Origin: Microcoleaceae cyanobacterium
GTDB taxonomy: Bacteria; Cyanobacteriota; Cyanobacteriia; Cyanobacteriales; Microcoleaceae
Length of the DNA: 56,350 nt
Direction of reading: 5' to 3'
Assembly: GCA_051652765.1 (NCBI GenBank)
Contig: JBOFUV010000152.1
Location: 1-56,350 of the forward strand
This document shows positions 1 through 9,346 of the stretch, piece by piece (within the stretch, counting starts at the first letter, position 1; each line of letters starts with the position of its first letter). A model generated the notes under the pieces. It searched no databases, was not told the origin of the DNA, and worked only from the letters and a program-made list of their open reading frames with translations. A program made the position numbers and the translations under genes.

Positions 1-1646
1 TCAACGGTAATCTCCGCCGTTCCTACCTGATTCTCCAGATAGTCCAGGGTGAGGGTATTGCCTGAGATGTTGGGAGTGACTAATCCAGGGTTGCTGTTGA
101 TTTTAACCGTCTTAATAATGGCTGCACTCTCCGTGTCAATGTCAATAAACACAGCAGAGAGGTCAAGGGTTGTATTGGCAGCATCTTCATCGACAACAAC
201 ATCCGCAATTTCAGTTTGAATTCTAGGGCCATCGTCGTCCGGCAGTACGGTCACCTGGAACGTGTCAGTGACGGTCTTGCCGTTGGAGGTGGCTTCGATG
301 GTGATTTCTGCCGTTCCAAACTGGTCAGTCTGGTAATCCAGGGTTAACGCATTTCCAGAAACAGTCGGAACCACCAGGCTAGGATTGCTATTCGTTTTGA
401 TGGTCTTGACAATATTGGCCTCTTCGTCAGTGAAGTCAATATCGGTGAAGACTCCCGATAGATCAATCGTGTTGTTCGCTGCGTCTTCCAGAACAATCAC
501 GTCAGCAATGGGAGTTTGAACCGTGGGTGCTTCATCAATATTGTTCAAGCTGATGGTCAAGATTTTCTCAAAAGGAAGACCACCCGCATCTAGGGTCTGA
601 ACTCGAAGGCTGTAGGTGGCTTGGGTTTCAAGGTCAAAGGTTTCTCGGGTTCTCAGCTCATTGCCGACAATTTCAAACCGGGTGTTGTCTGTGCCCCCTA
701 CTCCTGGAACCAAACTGTAGAGATGACTGTCACCCAAGTCTTCATCCTGGGTGCTGAGGGTTCCTACCTGAGCGCCAACGGGAAGGTTTTCGTCGAGGGT
801 GCTGTTGGTCAGAAGGAGATCCGTAGGTGCGTCGTTAACATTGTTGACGGTCAGTGTAAAGCTCTGAACAGTACTTTTATTCGGAATCCCATTGTCTGTA
901 GCCGTAACGTCTATTGTGATCGGCTCTGCGGTTTCAGCATTCAGCACTTCACCGACTTTAAGCTTAAGTTGCGGGTTGATTACCCCACCGTTAACAACAT
1001 CAACAATTTCAAAGCGCGGATCAGTGACACTAAAACTGATCGCATCATTGTCTAAATCTGTTGCACTTAATATTCCAATCGCAGCCCCATTGATATTCTC
1101 ATCAATAACTGTATTGGTGAGGGCAATATCCTGGGGGGGTGCGTTAATGTCCAAGATGACCCGAATCATATCTTGTTTGTTCACATCCCGGCGAGCCCGA
1201 TTCCCAAAGCTCAGGTCAAGCTGATTGCCACTAATCACAGCGCTATCCCGTCGAGTGCCAGCAAATTCACTGTTTTCTAGTGATTCTCCGGCCAAGTAGG
1301 TCACTCCTTCTAAACCGAGCAAACCGTTAGTGAATTCTAAATCCGTGCGATTGCCAATCACGCCTAAAATTTCCCCGCCAAAGAAGAAGGTTGCATCGGC
1401 AAAAGTGGGGTCTTCTAGGGGGCTGAGGAAAATATAAACGCTGGTAATTGTTGTTCCTGCGGGCACAACTCCCAAACGATTTCGAGTCCAGTCTGCTGGA
1501 TCGCTAATATCTAAATCTTGGGTTAAAGTAACCTCTTTTTCAACAAAAGCCTGGAGGAATGAAGACTCTTGTAAGATGAGATCTCCAGGCGGATTTTCGA
1601 GGATAACACCGTTGCCTGAAACAGGCAAAATGATTGAATCTGGCAT
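1..1646 (-). CDS. Large cadherin/Ig-like repeat surface protein (3' end runs off the window)
   Basis: Hand translation from ATG at 1646 (MPDSIILPVSGNG...) stays open to base 1. It has cadherin Ca-binding motifs (IDEN, SATDLD, VNNVNDAP, LDENLP, NNIDEAP) followed by ~95-aa repeats (IADVIVLEDAA..IDLSGVFTDID / IADVVVDEDAA..LDLSAVFIDID). Missing from the ORF track because no stop lies in the window. Confidence 0.9.
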   Translation of the reverse strand, partial: MPDSIILPVSGNGVILENPPGDLILQESSFLQAFVEKEVTLTQDLDISDPADWTRNRLGVVPAGTTITSVYIFLSPLEDPTFADATFFFGGEILGVIGNRTDLEFTNGLLGLEGVTYLAGESLENSEFAGTRRDSAVISGNQLDLSFGNRARRDVNKQDMIRVILDINAPPQDIALTNTVIDENINGAAIGILSATDLDNDAISFSVTDPRFEIVDVVNGGVINPQLKLKVGEVLNAETAEPITIDVTATDNGIPNKSTVQSFTLTVNNVNDAPTDLLLTNSTLDENLPVGAQVGTLSTQDEDLGDSHLYSLVPGVGGTDNTRFEIVGNELRTRETFDLETQATYSLRVQTLDAGGLPFEKILTISLNNIDEAPTVQTPIADVIVLEDAANNTIDLSGVFTDIDFTDEEANIVKTIKTNSNPSLVVPTVSGNALTLDYQTDQFGTAEITIEATSNGKTVTDTFQVTVLPDDDGPRIQTEIADVVVDEDAANTTLDLSAVFIDIDTESAAIIKTVKINSNPGLVTPNISGNTLTLDYLENQVGTAEITV

Positions 1647-1765
1647 AGTAATTAGGTTGGGATTAAATCAAAAGTTGATGCAGGCATGAGAGTTCGAACG
1701 TGCTTCAAGCACTAGATCATCGGTCTGTAAATGCACACATCAAATCTGCTATTTCCGAAACATTG

Positions 1766-1789
1766 TTTGCACAATATTACTTGTGCAAA
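1766..1789. promoter_or_regulatory. Perfect inverted repeat upstream of the adhesin gene, possible operator
   Basis: TTTGCACAA-TATTAC-TTGTGCAAA, about 120 bp upstream of the ATG at 1646. Confidence 0.35.
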
Positions 1790-2066
1790 TCCTACTTGCA
1801 CATTTCAACGGTTCTCCGTAGCGTTGACACCCTGTAAATCTTGAAATCTTTGTAGGGTAAAGTTCTGTAATGAGGAATTATAGAAACTTTACATCTCTAA
1901 GTTAACTCTAATCCTCAGTAAAAACACGGGAAATTATGTAAAGCTTAGTTAAAGTTCGTTACTTCTGCTTGTAAAAATCTCATAAAGTTTCGCAGTGATA
2001 ACTCCTTTGTTTTTCCATCTGACTCAACACTTAAGCGATCAATTCTGCTCTTTTTGATCAACGTCT

Positions 2067-2534
2067 TCAAACAGCCATCACGGCCAAAGCGATGTCTAAC
2101 ACAGTGTTTTGTTCTTTCAGAGTTTTCAGTATAGAGTCAATGATTAAAGTTGGCCCTGTCAGGAGCACCGTTTGATGTTCTGAATTGCTAGAAATAACTT
2201 CCATTTGAATCTCTGGATGAATCCCCTGTAAATCTGTTGAAGCCTTGACTTTGGCGATCGCGATTGCCCTTAATCTTTCATCTGCATAGGGGTAAGCCTG
2301 GACTTCCAAGACTTTTGATAATCGCTGGGCAGCCCGCAAGAGCATTTCTTGCTTCCGTTCTGTTGCCCGGAATTTGACAACAATTCGGCCCCCTTCAACA
2401 CCATCTGGACTGAGAATACTGCCTAGAATGGTCTCCAGGGATATGCCTCGGTTAGAAAAAATTGCGGCGATCGCTGATAAAACTCCGGGCTTATCAATCA
2501 CTTTGACAACAAAAACCCATTCCTTCTCTGTCAT
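2067..2534 (-). CDS. ACT-domain protein, divergent IlvH/IlvN (acetolactate synthase small subunit)-like
   Basis: VIDKPGVLSAIAAIFSNRGISLETI matches the IlvH ACT pattern (ENKPGVLxRVxGLFSRRGxNIES). Length and C-terminal half also resemble IlvH. Confidence 0.75.
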   Translation of the reverse strand: MTEKEWVFVVKVIDKPGVLSAIAAIFSNRGISLETILGSILSPDGVEGGRIVVKFRATERKQEMLLRAAQRLSKVLEVQAYPYADERLRAIAIAKVKASTDLQGIHPEIQMEVISSNSEHQTVLLTGPTLIIDSILKTLKEQNTVLDIALAVMAV

Positions 2535-2572
2535 TGGTTTATGGCGCTTGGCGCTAAGGTATTAATATAGCT

Positions 2573-3628
2573 TTAGCTGTTCTTAATCCAATCTTGAATT
2601 CTCTCAATTAATTGACTGGAAACCTGTTGTAAATAGCGAACTTCTTCTTCCCAAAGTTGTAATGAAACCACCTGTGTCCAGCCTCCAGGAGTGAGAACAA
2701 TGGGAACTCCAATGGGAGCATGGATTCCATAAAACTCTCCATCCAGTCGAACTTGTCCAGCCACAACAATGTCCCGTCCATCCATCAAGGTTTGTACGAG
2801 ATCTACCGTAACATTTGCAGTTGCAGCCGCAGTTTTTGCACCAGAAATATGAGTTACATAGGGCTTCAGCACAACTCTCAAATCAGGTGGAAGTCGGTCA
2901 ACATATTCAAAGGCTTGGCGAATATTACCCTCCTGTAAGTAATTGAAAATCTCCTGTTTTTCAGCCTGAATTTCATCTGGAAACTGAGCAATTTTTCGAC
3001 CTCGGCGCAATCGTTGATCTACAGCCAGCAACTCTTCTAAATCCATGCCATGAATTCGTACGCTACTCCACAGGGGAACCATGGATTCTCCATGTTCGCC
3101 AACCACAAATCCCTGAACAAGCTGCCGTCGAATCCCTAAATCATTGGCAATTTCTCGACGAAATCGCAAGGTATCTGAGTAAGAACCGACCCCAATTACC
3201 CGATGTCGTCCCAGGTATCGACTGAAAATCTCTACCGCAAGTTCGACGGGGTTTGTAACGATTAAAACCACTTCATGGCCGTGGCCATAGTTGGCAATAG
3301 CTTGGGCATAGGCTTGAAACAGGGGGAGATTGGCCGCTGCAAGTTCTCGCCGAGACGTTGCTTGGCTTCCAGTTGTCACCCCTGCCGTCATCACAATCAC
3401 ATCCCCGACGATTTCCTCGAGTTCCAAGGCCACGTCTAGTTCTGGGGCAATTTCAGCATAAGCATCTGACAAGTCGGCACAGAAACCGTATAAGATCTGG
3501 CCACTTTTTCCCTCAGCCCGACCGACCAGTTGCAGGCGCTCTGAAGGAGACAGAACGCGCTGATTCAGGAGTTGAGTGACGATTTCTCGGCCACAGTCCC
3601 CACTGGCTCCAATAATAGAAACATCCAC
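2573..3628 (-). CDS. Lactate/malate dehydrogenase-family 2-hydroxyacid dehydrogenase
   Basis: Rossmann motif IIGASGDCG, VTNPVE, DTLRF (catalytic Asp/Arg), GEHGES (catalytic His). GTG start. Confidence 0.9.
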   Translation of the reverse strand: MDVSIIGASGDCGREIVTQLLNQRVLSPSERLQLVGRAEGKSGQILYGFCADLSDAYAEIAPELDVALELEEIVGDVIVMTAGVTTGSQATSRRELAAANLPLFQAYAQAIANYGHGHEVVLIVTNPVELAVEIFSRYLGRHRVIGVGSYSDTLRFRREIANDLGIRRQLVQGFVVGEHGESMVPLWSSVRIHGMDLEELLAVDQRLRRGRKIAQFPDEIQAEKQEIFNYLQEGNIRQAFEYVDRLPPDLRVVLKPYVTHISGAKTAAATANVTVDLVQTLMDGRDIVVAGQVRLDGEFYGIHAPIGVPIVLTPGGWTQVVSLQLWEEEVRYLQQVSSQLIERIQDWIKNS

Positions 3629-3665
3629 AATCTTGGGCCTTTTCTACAGAAAACCAAACCGTGTT

Positions 3666-4199
3666 TTAGGCTAACACATCCTCAGCTATGGTAGGACGAT
3701 TCTCTAATCTAAAAAAGATAATTGAACTTCCGTTTACAACCCTTTCTTCGATTTTTTCCATGCCAATTCTTGCAGCAACTTTTTGTGATTCAAGATTGGG
3801 CTGATCGCAACTGGCAACTAGATATTGATAGCCCAATTCCTTAAAACAGTACGTAACTATTCGACTGGCCGCTTCAGTGGCGTAGCCTTGTTTAATTGCA
3901 CTTGGGAGCAAAGCATAGAGGAGCTGAGGCTGTGCTTCCTCAAAGAAATACCACAAACCAACTAACCCAATAATATTTTTTTCTAGCTTGGTTTCGATGA
4001 ACCAAAGACCCGATCTGGCTTCTGCAAATTGCTTTTGACTCTCTGCTAGCATTGCTTCAACGTCTTGAATAGACAAAACTTTGTCATCACACAGATATCT
4101 CCTAACAAAAGAATCCGTAAGAATTGCATGTAGAACATTGGCTTCGCCGTCTACAATTGGCCTTAATACTAACCGTTGGGTTTCAAAGACTGTACTCAC
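3666..4199 (-). CDS. GNAT N-acetyltransferase, RimJ/RimL type
   Basis: ETQRLVLRP start, QGYATEAA acetyl-CoA motif, NLESQKVAARIGM. Confidence 0.85.
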   Translation of the reverse strand: MSTVFETQRLVLRPIVDGEANVLHAILTDSFVRRYLCDDKVLSIQDVEAMLAESQKQFAEARSGLWFIETKLEKNIIGLVGLWYFFEEAQPQLLYALLPSAIKQGYATEAASRIVTYCFKELGYQYLVASCDQPNLESQKVAARIGMEKIEERVVNGSSIIFFRLENRPTIAEDVLA

Positions 4200-4208
4200 T
4201 TTTAAAAG

Positions 4209-5282
4209 TTAACTGCTAAACGGTTCAATTAATCCTCCCCCCAACACCGTTTCGCCGTCATACCAAACGGCAGCTTGGCCGGGAGCGATCGCAAAAATGG
4301 GCTCATCAAAGACCACCTGAACTCGTTCCCCCTTGCCTGCCTCAGATCCCAACGGGATAATCGTTGCAGCCTCAGGGGTCGTCCGATATCGCACCTGAAC
4401 TTCAGCTCGAATCGGCCCTTCTCGTGGCGGTATCGACACCCAGTTCACCCGTTGTACCGTACAGTTCATCTGGTTTACTTTGTCGCGATCGCCTACAATC
4501 ACCTGATTACGACCCGGATCAAGGGCAACAACATAAAGTGGGTGGGAGGCAGCAATCCCCAAACCCTTGCGTTGGCCGATGGTGTAATGATGAATCCCGT
4601 CATGGTGGCCCAACACTTGACCTTCCAGGTTCACAATTTCCCCGGTTTGACCCAGAATATACCGATCCAAAAACGCTTGCATGGAACCGTTGGCTTCCAC
4701 GAGACAAAGATCTTGGCTTTCAGGTTTATCGGCGGTTTTCAGGTGATACTGAGCCGCAATTTTGCGAGTTTCCGGCTTGGTGAACTCTCCCAGGGGAAAA
4801 ATCACATGGGCGAGAATGTCCTGAGTCAAGTCATAGAGGAAATAGGATTGATCCTTGTTGCGATCGACTGCCCGTTGCAGTTGATACCGATCTTGAGCTT
4901 GATCGTAAGTAATTCTGGCATAGTGACCCGTCGCAATCGTTTCAATCCCAAGCTGCTCACGGGCATGATGAAGCATGGGGCCAAACTTGACAGCCTTGTT
5001 ACACTGGGAACAGGGCAGCGGGGTAATGCCATTGCTGTATCCTTCAACTAAATAGTCCACAATACTAGCCTGGAAGACCTCTCGGCTATCAACAATATGA
5101 TGGGGAATGCCGAGTTGCTCACAGATAGCAGCCGCGTCCACCATCCCTTCAGAGCAACATTGACCCTTGCCCCGCATGAGCCACAACGTCAATCCAACCA
5201 CGTCGTAGCCTTGATGGTGCAAAATTGCAGCAGCAGCAGAACTATCTACACCCCCGGATAAACCAACAACAACTTTTTTCAT
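4209..5282 (-). CDS. mnmA: tRNA 2-thiouridine(34) synthase
   Basis: SGGVDS PP-loop, [46 protein letters not shown]. Confidence 0.97.
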   Translation of the reverse strand: MKKVVVGLSGGVDSSAAAAILHHQGYDVVGLTLWLMRGKGQCCSEGMVDAAAICEQLGIPHHIVDSREVFQASIVDYLVEGYSNGITPLPCSQCNKAVKFGPMLHHAREQLGIETIATGHYARITYDQAQDRYQLQRAVDRNKDQSYFLYDLTQDILAHVIFPLGEFTKPETRKIAAQYHLKTADKPESQDLCLVEANGSMQAFLDRYILGQTGEIVNLEGQVLGHHDGIHHYTIGQRKGLGIAASHPLYVVALDPGRNQVIVGDRDKVNQMNCTVQRVNWVSIPPREGPIRAEVQVRYRTTPEAATIIPLGSEAGKGERVQVVFDEPIFAIAPGQAAVWYDGETVLGGGLIEPFSS

Positions 5283-5444
5283 AGATTTTTTTTACAGATT
5301 GAATTTCATCGATCAAAAGAACAATAAATTGCTAATTTAGACTTATTTCAAATTTATTTCTTCAGTGAGAAGGCAAAATCAAACCCAAACCGTCAAACTT
5401 CAACCATCAAACTTCAACCGTAGTACGGGCATCTTGCCTGTAAC

Positions 5445-5490
5445 TTAGATTTACAAGTTAGATTTACGAGTTAGATTTATCAAGTTAGAT
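5445..5490. repeat. Short tandem repeat, ~13-bp unit x3.5
   Basis: TTAGATTTAC(A/G)AG units read directly. Confidence 0.85.
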
Positions 5491-5580
5491 GGTTAAATAA
5501 TCAGTACCTCGGCGCAACTAACGCAAGACCCCTATAGTCCCCCTTGTTAAGGGAGATGGCAATAGCCGGGAGTTCTGCAG

Positions 5581-5675
5581 TAGCAATCAGTGATAATTGA
5601 TGAAATGTCTATGGTGCAGGCTCCTAACGCAGACAAGATGCCTGCTCCAGATTCACTCATCAAATCAGATTGCTA
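5581..5675 (+). mobile_element. MITE-like repeat, family A, copy 1
   Basis: Imperfect terminal inverted repeats TAGCAATC...TGATGA / TCATCAAATCAGATTGCTA enclosing GACAAGATGCC. Homologous to 18905-18962 and, reversed, to 32606-32729. Confidence 0.65.
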
Positions 5676-5694
5676 CATAGATTTTAACTGAGTA

Positions 5695-6717
5695 ATGGAG
5701 AAACCTAAAATGACTGTATTTTTCATGATAATACAAAAAAACTACAACCGCTTCACCTCCAGCTTTTATTGCTTGCCCTTGCTTTCAATCCTCTCGGTCG
5801 GTGGGTTAACCGATGGTTTCCTAGCAACCCCCGTTGTCGCTCAGGAACTCCTTGCACAATCCCAAGTCGTTCAGCGAGCTGAAAAGCAGTATGTTGTTTA
5901 TGTCAATAGTGATAGTTCGCTGTTGTTAGAAGTTGTCCAGCAGGTTCAGCCCGGAGCAACGTTGCGGGAATATCAGCAGCGCGTTGTGATCGAAGTCGGA
6001 ACCTACTTTCGCAAAGGGGAGGCTGAAGTTTTAGTCAAGCGCTTGGAACAGAGAGGGATTAAGGCTGAAGTTGCCGACCCAGAAGAGCGTAATGAGTTTC
6101 AGCGCTCGATTGTGGCAGTGCCAACGGTTGTACCCCTGCCCTCCCGAGAGAATCAGCCGGTGACGACAGATGTTCCCTCGATCTTGGTCTTTCCCCAAGC
6201 AACCCTAGGGTTATATCAAGTGGTCGTTAGCGTCAACGATGCCCTTCCCCAGGAAGTTCGCAGGGTTGCCTCAGAAGCCCTGGAGAAGGTCTATGAAGGG
6301 CGGTTGATGATTCATGCTGCCAGCTTTGTCAACCTCAGGAATGCTGAAAATTTAAAGGCTGAACTGGCCCTGCGAGGCATTCCTTCCAACATCGTCCAGA
6401 CCTTAGAGGAAATGGCCGTCTGGACAGCCCTCCAACCCATTGTTCCAGCAGTAGCTGCTGTTCCCTCAAATCCCTCAGGGCCGGGGCATGGGTTAGCAAC
6501 TCAAGATAGCTACTTCGTGCTGATTCCAGGACAGTCTAACAACTTGACGGTGATTCAAAACGATTTGGTTACCCTCGGTGCTCCCCAAAGCAGCATTACT
6601 GTTCAGAACACCTTCATCGCCGTAGGGCCGTTTGCCAGTCGAGGACTCGCAGAAGAATGGGAGACTTACTTTCTAGGGGCAGGATTATCTGGAGCCCAGG
6701 TCTACTTTGGCAAATAG
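5695..6717 (+). CDS. Exported hypothetical protein with three SPOR-like repeats
   Basis: Hydrophobic signal-like N-terminus (..ATPVVAQE). Three similar units (YVVYV..IEVGTY..AE.L..RGI; YQVVV..IHAASF..NAE.L..RGI; YFVLI..IAVGPF..AE..). Start codon uncertain. Confidence 0.6.
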   Translation: MEKPKMTVFFMIIQKNYNRFTSSFYCLPLLSILSVGGLTDGFLATPVVAQELLAQSQVVQRAEKQYVVYVNSDSSLLLEVVQQVQPGATLREYQQRVVIEVGTYFRKGEAEVLVKRLEQRGIKAEVADPEERNEFQRSIVAVPTVVPLPSRENQPVTTDVPSILVFPQATLGLYQVVVSVNDALPQEVRRVASEALEKVYEGRLMIHAASFVNLRNAENLKAELALRGIPSNIVQTLEEMAVWTALQPIVPAVAAVPSNPSGPGHGLATQDSYFVLIPGQSNNLTVIQNDLVTLGAPQSSITVQNTFIAVGPFASRGLAEEWETYFLGAGLSGAQVYFGK

Positions 6718-6733
6718 TTTGAAAGGAGCTTCA

Positions 6734-8323
6734 ATGAGGAGACTTGAACCCATCGTGAGCTATCCCCGAGCCCAGATTCAAACGTTTGCAGTCACCGCAG
6801 CCCAAATGCAGGCTATTGAAGAACGCCTCTTTGCTGCCGGACTGCCTGTGGCTGCCTTGATGGAAAAGGTTGCTGGGCGCATCACCCAACGGATTCAAGA
6901 CTATTTGAAGTTAACACCTGGAAGGTCAACACCCGTCAACGTCGGCATTCTAGTTGGCCCTGGACACAATGGAGGCGATGCTTTAGTTGTTGCCCGGGAA
7001 TTGTGGTTCCAGGGCAACACTGTTGTAATTTACTGCCCATTCTCCGAACACAAACCGTTGACGGATGCTCATCTGAGTTACATCAAAAGTTTAGGAATTC
7101 CCATTGCCCAAGACGTTAACACCCTAGAAAACAGTGACGTTTTAATTGACGGCCTGTTTGGCTGCGGATTAGAGCGAGACATTACAGGAGATTTAGCAAC
7201 CGCAATTGAGCAGGTGAACCATTGGCAAAAAGTCGTTTTTAGCATTGACTTACCCTCTGGAATTCACACGGATACCGGAGCGGTTTTAGGAATAGCGATC
7301 CGAGCTACTCGAACCCTGTGTTTAGGACTCTGGAAACTAGCTTTTTTGCAAGATCAAGCTTTAGAATTCATTGGCAAACCCGAACTGATTGACGTTGATA
7401 TTCCTCTAGCAGATATCATCCCAATTTTAGGAGAATCGCCAGAAATTTCTCGAATAACCCTCAAGGCTGTGACCCAAGCTCTGCCCCTTCCCCGAGATCC
7501 AGCGAGCCACAAGTACAAAAATGGTCATCTACTGATTGTTGCAGGTTCCTCTCGTTATGCTGGTGCTGCCATTTTAACGGGCTTGGGCGCAAGGGCTTCA
7601 GGAGTAGGGATGTTAACCCTTGCCGTTCCTGAAGCAATTAAGATCTCAATCAATACTCAGTTGCCAGAGGCTTTAGTCTTAGGCTGTTCAACTGATTCAG
7701 AGGGAGCGATGCAGGCACTCCCTGCAGATCTGGACTTGAGTCAATATGATGCGATCGCCTGTGGCCCTGGTTTGACGCGATCGCCCCGGAGAATTGTTCA
7801 AATGGTGTTAGACAGTGACTGTCCTTTGATTTTAGATGCGGATGGACTCAACATTTTAGCCGAATTGAATCCGATGTTAACCTTGGCCCAACGTTTGGCA
7901 CTAACGATTATTACACCCCATCCTGGAGAGTTTAAACGGTTATTTCCTGAACTCATCCAGGATGTCAATAACCGCATTTTAGCCACCCAAACAGCAGCTA
8001 AAATCAGTCAGTCCATTGTCTTACTGAAAGGAGCAAGGGTTTGTGTGGGGAGTGCAGACAAGGTATGGATTAATCCAGAGAGTACACCAGCCTTGGCTCG
8101 GGGAGGCAGTGGAGATGTTTTAACCGGACTGTTAGGGGGATTGTTGGCCACAACCCTGCAAAATCAACCCCTGCAAAACCAATCTATTGTAGGGGTTGTT
8201 CAAGCTGCTGTGTGGTGGCATGCTCAAGCTGGAATTCAAGCAGCTCAAAACCGAACTGAGTTGGGTGTTGATGCCTTTACCTTAACCCAGTACTTAGCCC
8301 CAACCCTGGGAACTCTGGTTTGA
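6734..8323 (+). CDS. nnr: Bifunctional NAD(P)H-hydrate epimerase/dehydratase
   Basis: GPGHNGGDAL, DGLFGCG, SIDLPSG, GPGL, LDADGL, TPHPGEF, LARGGSGDVLTG. Start moved to ATG 6734 after an AAGGAG RBS. Confidence 0.93.
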   Translation: MRRLEPIVSYPRAQIQTFAVTAAQMQAIEERLFAAGLPVAALMEKVAGRITQRIQDYLKLTPGRSTPVNVGILVGPGHNGGDALVVARELWFQGNTVVIYCPFSEHKPLTDAHLSYIKSLGIPIAQDVNTLENSDVLIDGLFGCGLERDITGDLATAIEQVNHWQKVVFSIDLPSGIHTDTGAVLGIAIRATRTLCLGLWKLAFLQDQALEFIGKPELIDVDIPLADIIPILGESPEISRITLKAVTQALPLPRDPASHKYKNGHLLIVAGSSRYAGAAILTGLGARASGVGMLTLAVPEAIKISINTQLPEALVLGCSTDSEGAMQALPADLDLSQYDAIACGPGLTRSPRRIVQMVLDSDCPLILDADGLNILAELNPMLTLAQRLALTIITPHPGEFKRLFPELIQDVNNRILATQTAAKISQSIVLLKGARVCVGSADKVWINPESTPALARGGSGDVLTGLLGGLLATTLQNQPLQNQSIVGVVQAAVWWHAQAGIQAAQNRTELGVDAFTLTQYLAPTLGTLV

Positions 8324-8456
8324 GGATAAGATGTGGGGTATCAGGTTACGTTGATTTTTGAGATGTGGAGTGTACAAAGAGTAAGGGGGTCGAGGAGATC
8401 GAAATCCCTATTGACAAAAGTCTCCGGACTGAACGTTTAGGCGATGGGAGGAATTT

Positions 8457-9230
8457 ATGCGGTTAAAAATTATTGTCAATACCATTTTCAAGGATCGACC
8501 TGTTGCAACTTCGGAACTGGCTCAAGGCAGCAAGACCTCTGCTCATTTGGGGACTGAATTTGAGATTTCAAGTTATGCCTGGGCTGCGAACAAGCATTTA
8601 AAAGTCACCTTTATTTCACCTTTACCTCGAGATCAAAAGGTCTGGTATGTATTTTTCGACCATGTCCAGATTTTTGACAACAACTTAGTTCCAGTGAACC
8701 TGAGTCCGATTTCAGTCGGTTCGGAGGAAGACCCCAAAGTCTCTGCTCCTGTTGTTGATGCTCCTCCTAAAAAGCCTAAGCCTTCATCCTCTAAATGGCG
8801 GTGGCCTATGACTGGAACGAGTATGAATGCAAAAACAGAATTCGGCTATGCTCGAGGTCGGCTTCATGCCGGAGTTGATATTGGAGGATACACGCCAGAT
8901 GAATGCTACGCAGCTAGCGAGGGAATCGTTACCTACGTAAAACGGGATCGTGGGGGAGCAGAAGGACGAATGATTGAAATTACTCGCTCCGACGGCTGGA
9001 AACATAGCTATCTTCACTTGCGGTCTATTCAAGTCGAACTGAATCAGGCTGTTGACAGTGGTGATCTCATCGGAATTCGAGGCGGATCAGGATTTGGGTG
9101 TGAAGGCTTAGAAATCGACGGCGGTGGATACTCGATTCACTTGCATTTTGCAGTCTACACCTCTGAAAGCGAACCCATTGATCCTCGTACAGTTCTCCCC
9201 GATGACGGTAGCGTTCCTATCTTGGAATAG
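8457..9230 (+). CDS. M23-family metallopeptidase with an N-terminal accessory domain
   Basis: HAGVD (HxxxD), YLHL and IHLHF (HxH) zinc motifs, Pro-rich linker, GGGAGG RBS. Confidence 0.88.
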   Translation: MRLKIIVNTIFKDRPVATSELAQGSKTSAHLGTEFEISSYAWAANKHLKVTFISPLPRDQKVWYVFFDHVQIFDNNLVPVNLSPISVGSEEDPKVSAPVVDAPPKKPKPSSSKWRWPMTGTSMNAKTEFGYARGRLHAGVDIGGYTPDECYAASEGIVTYVKRDRGGAEGRMIEITRSDGWKHSYLHLRSIQVELNQAVDSGDLIGIRGGSGFGCEGLEIDGGGYSIHLHFAVYTSESEPIDPRTVLPDDGSVPILE

Positions 9231-9346
9231 AACACTCCTAATCCTGTCAAGCTCGGTACAGGTGGTAGGGTAAATAGGTGGTGATCCTGCTTGCAAAAGC
9301 GATTGTGATTTTATTATTTTAAGATTATTTTAGAATTATTTTAAAG

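Noticed and set aside
621..1224. Plus-strand ORFs 621-1055 and 892-1224
   Set aside because: Antisense shadows of the cadherin-repeat gene on the minus strand.
4275..5051. 258-aa ORF antisense to mnmA, and similar shadow ORFs over folC, fabD, the RTX genes, the amidohydrolase, phoH and thrC
   Set aside because: They overlap clearly identifiable genes and have no motifs or RBS of their own.
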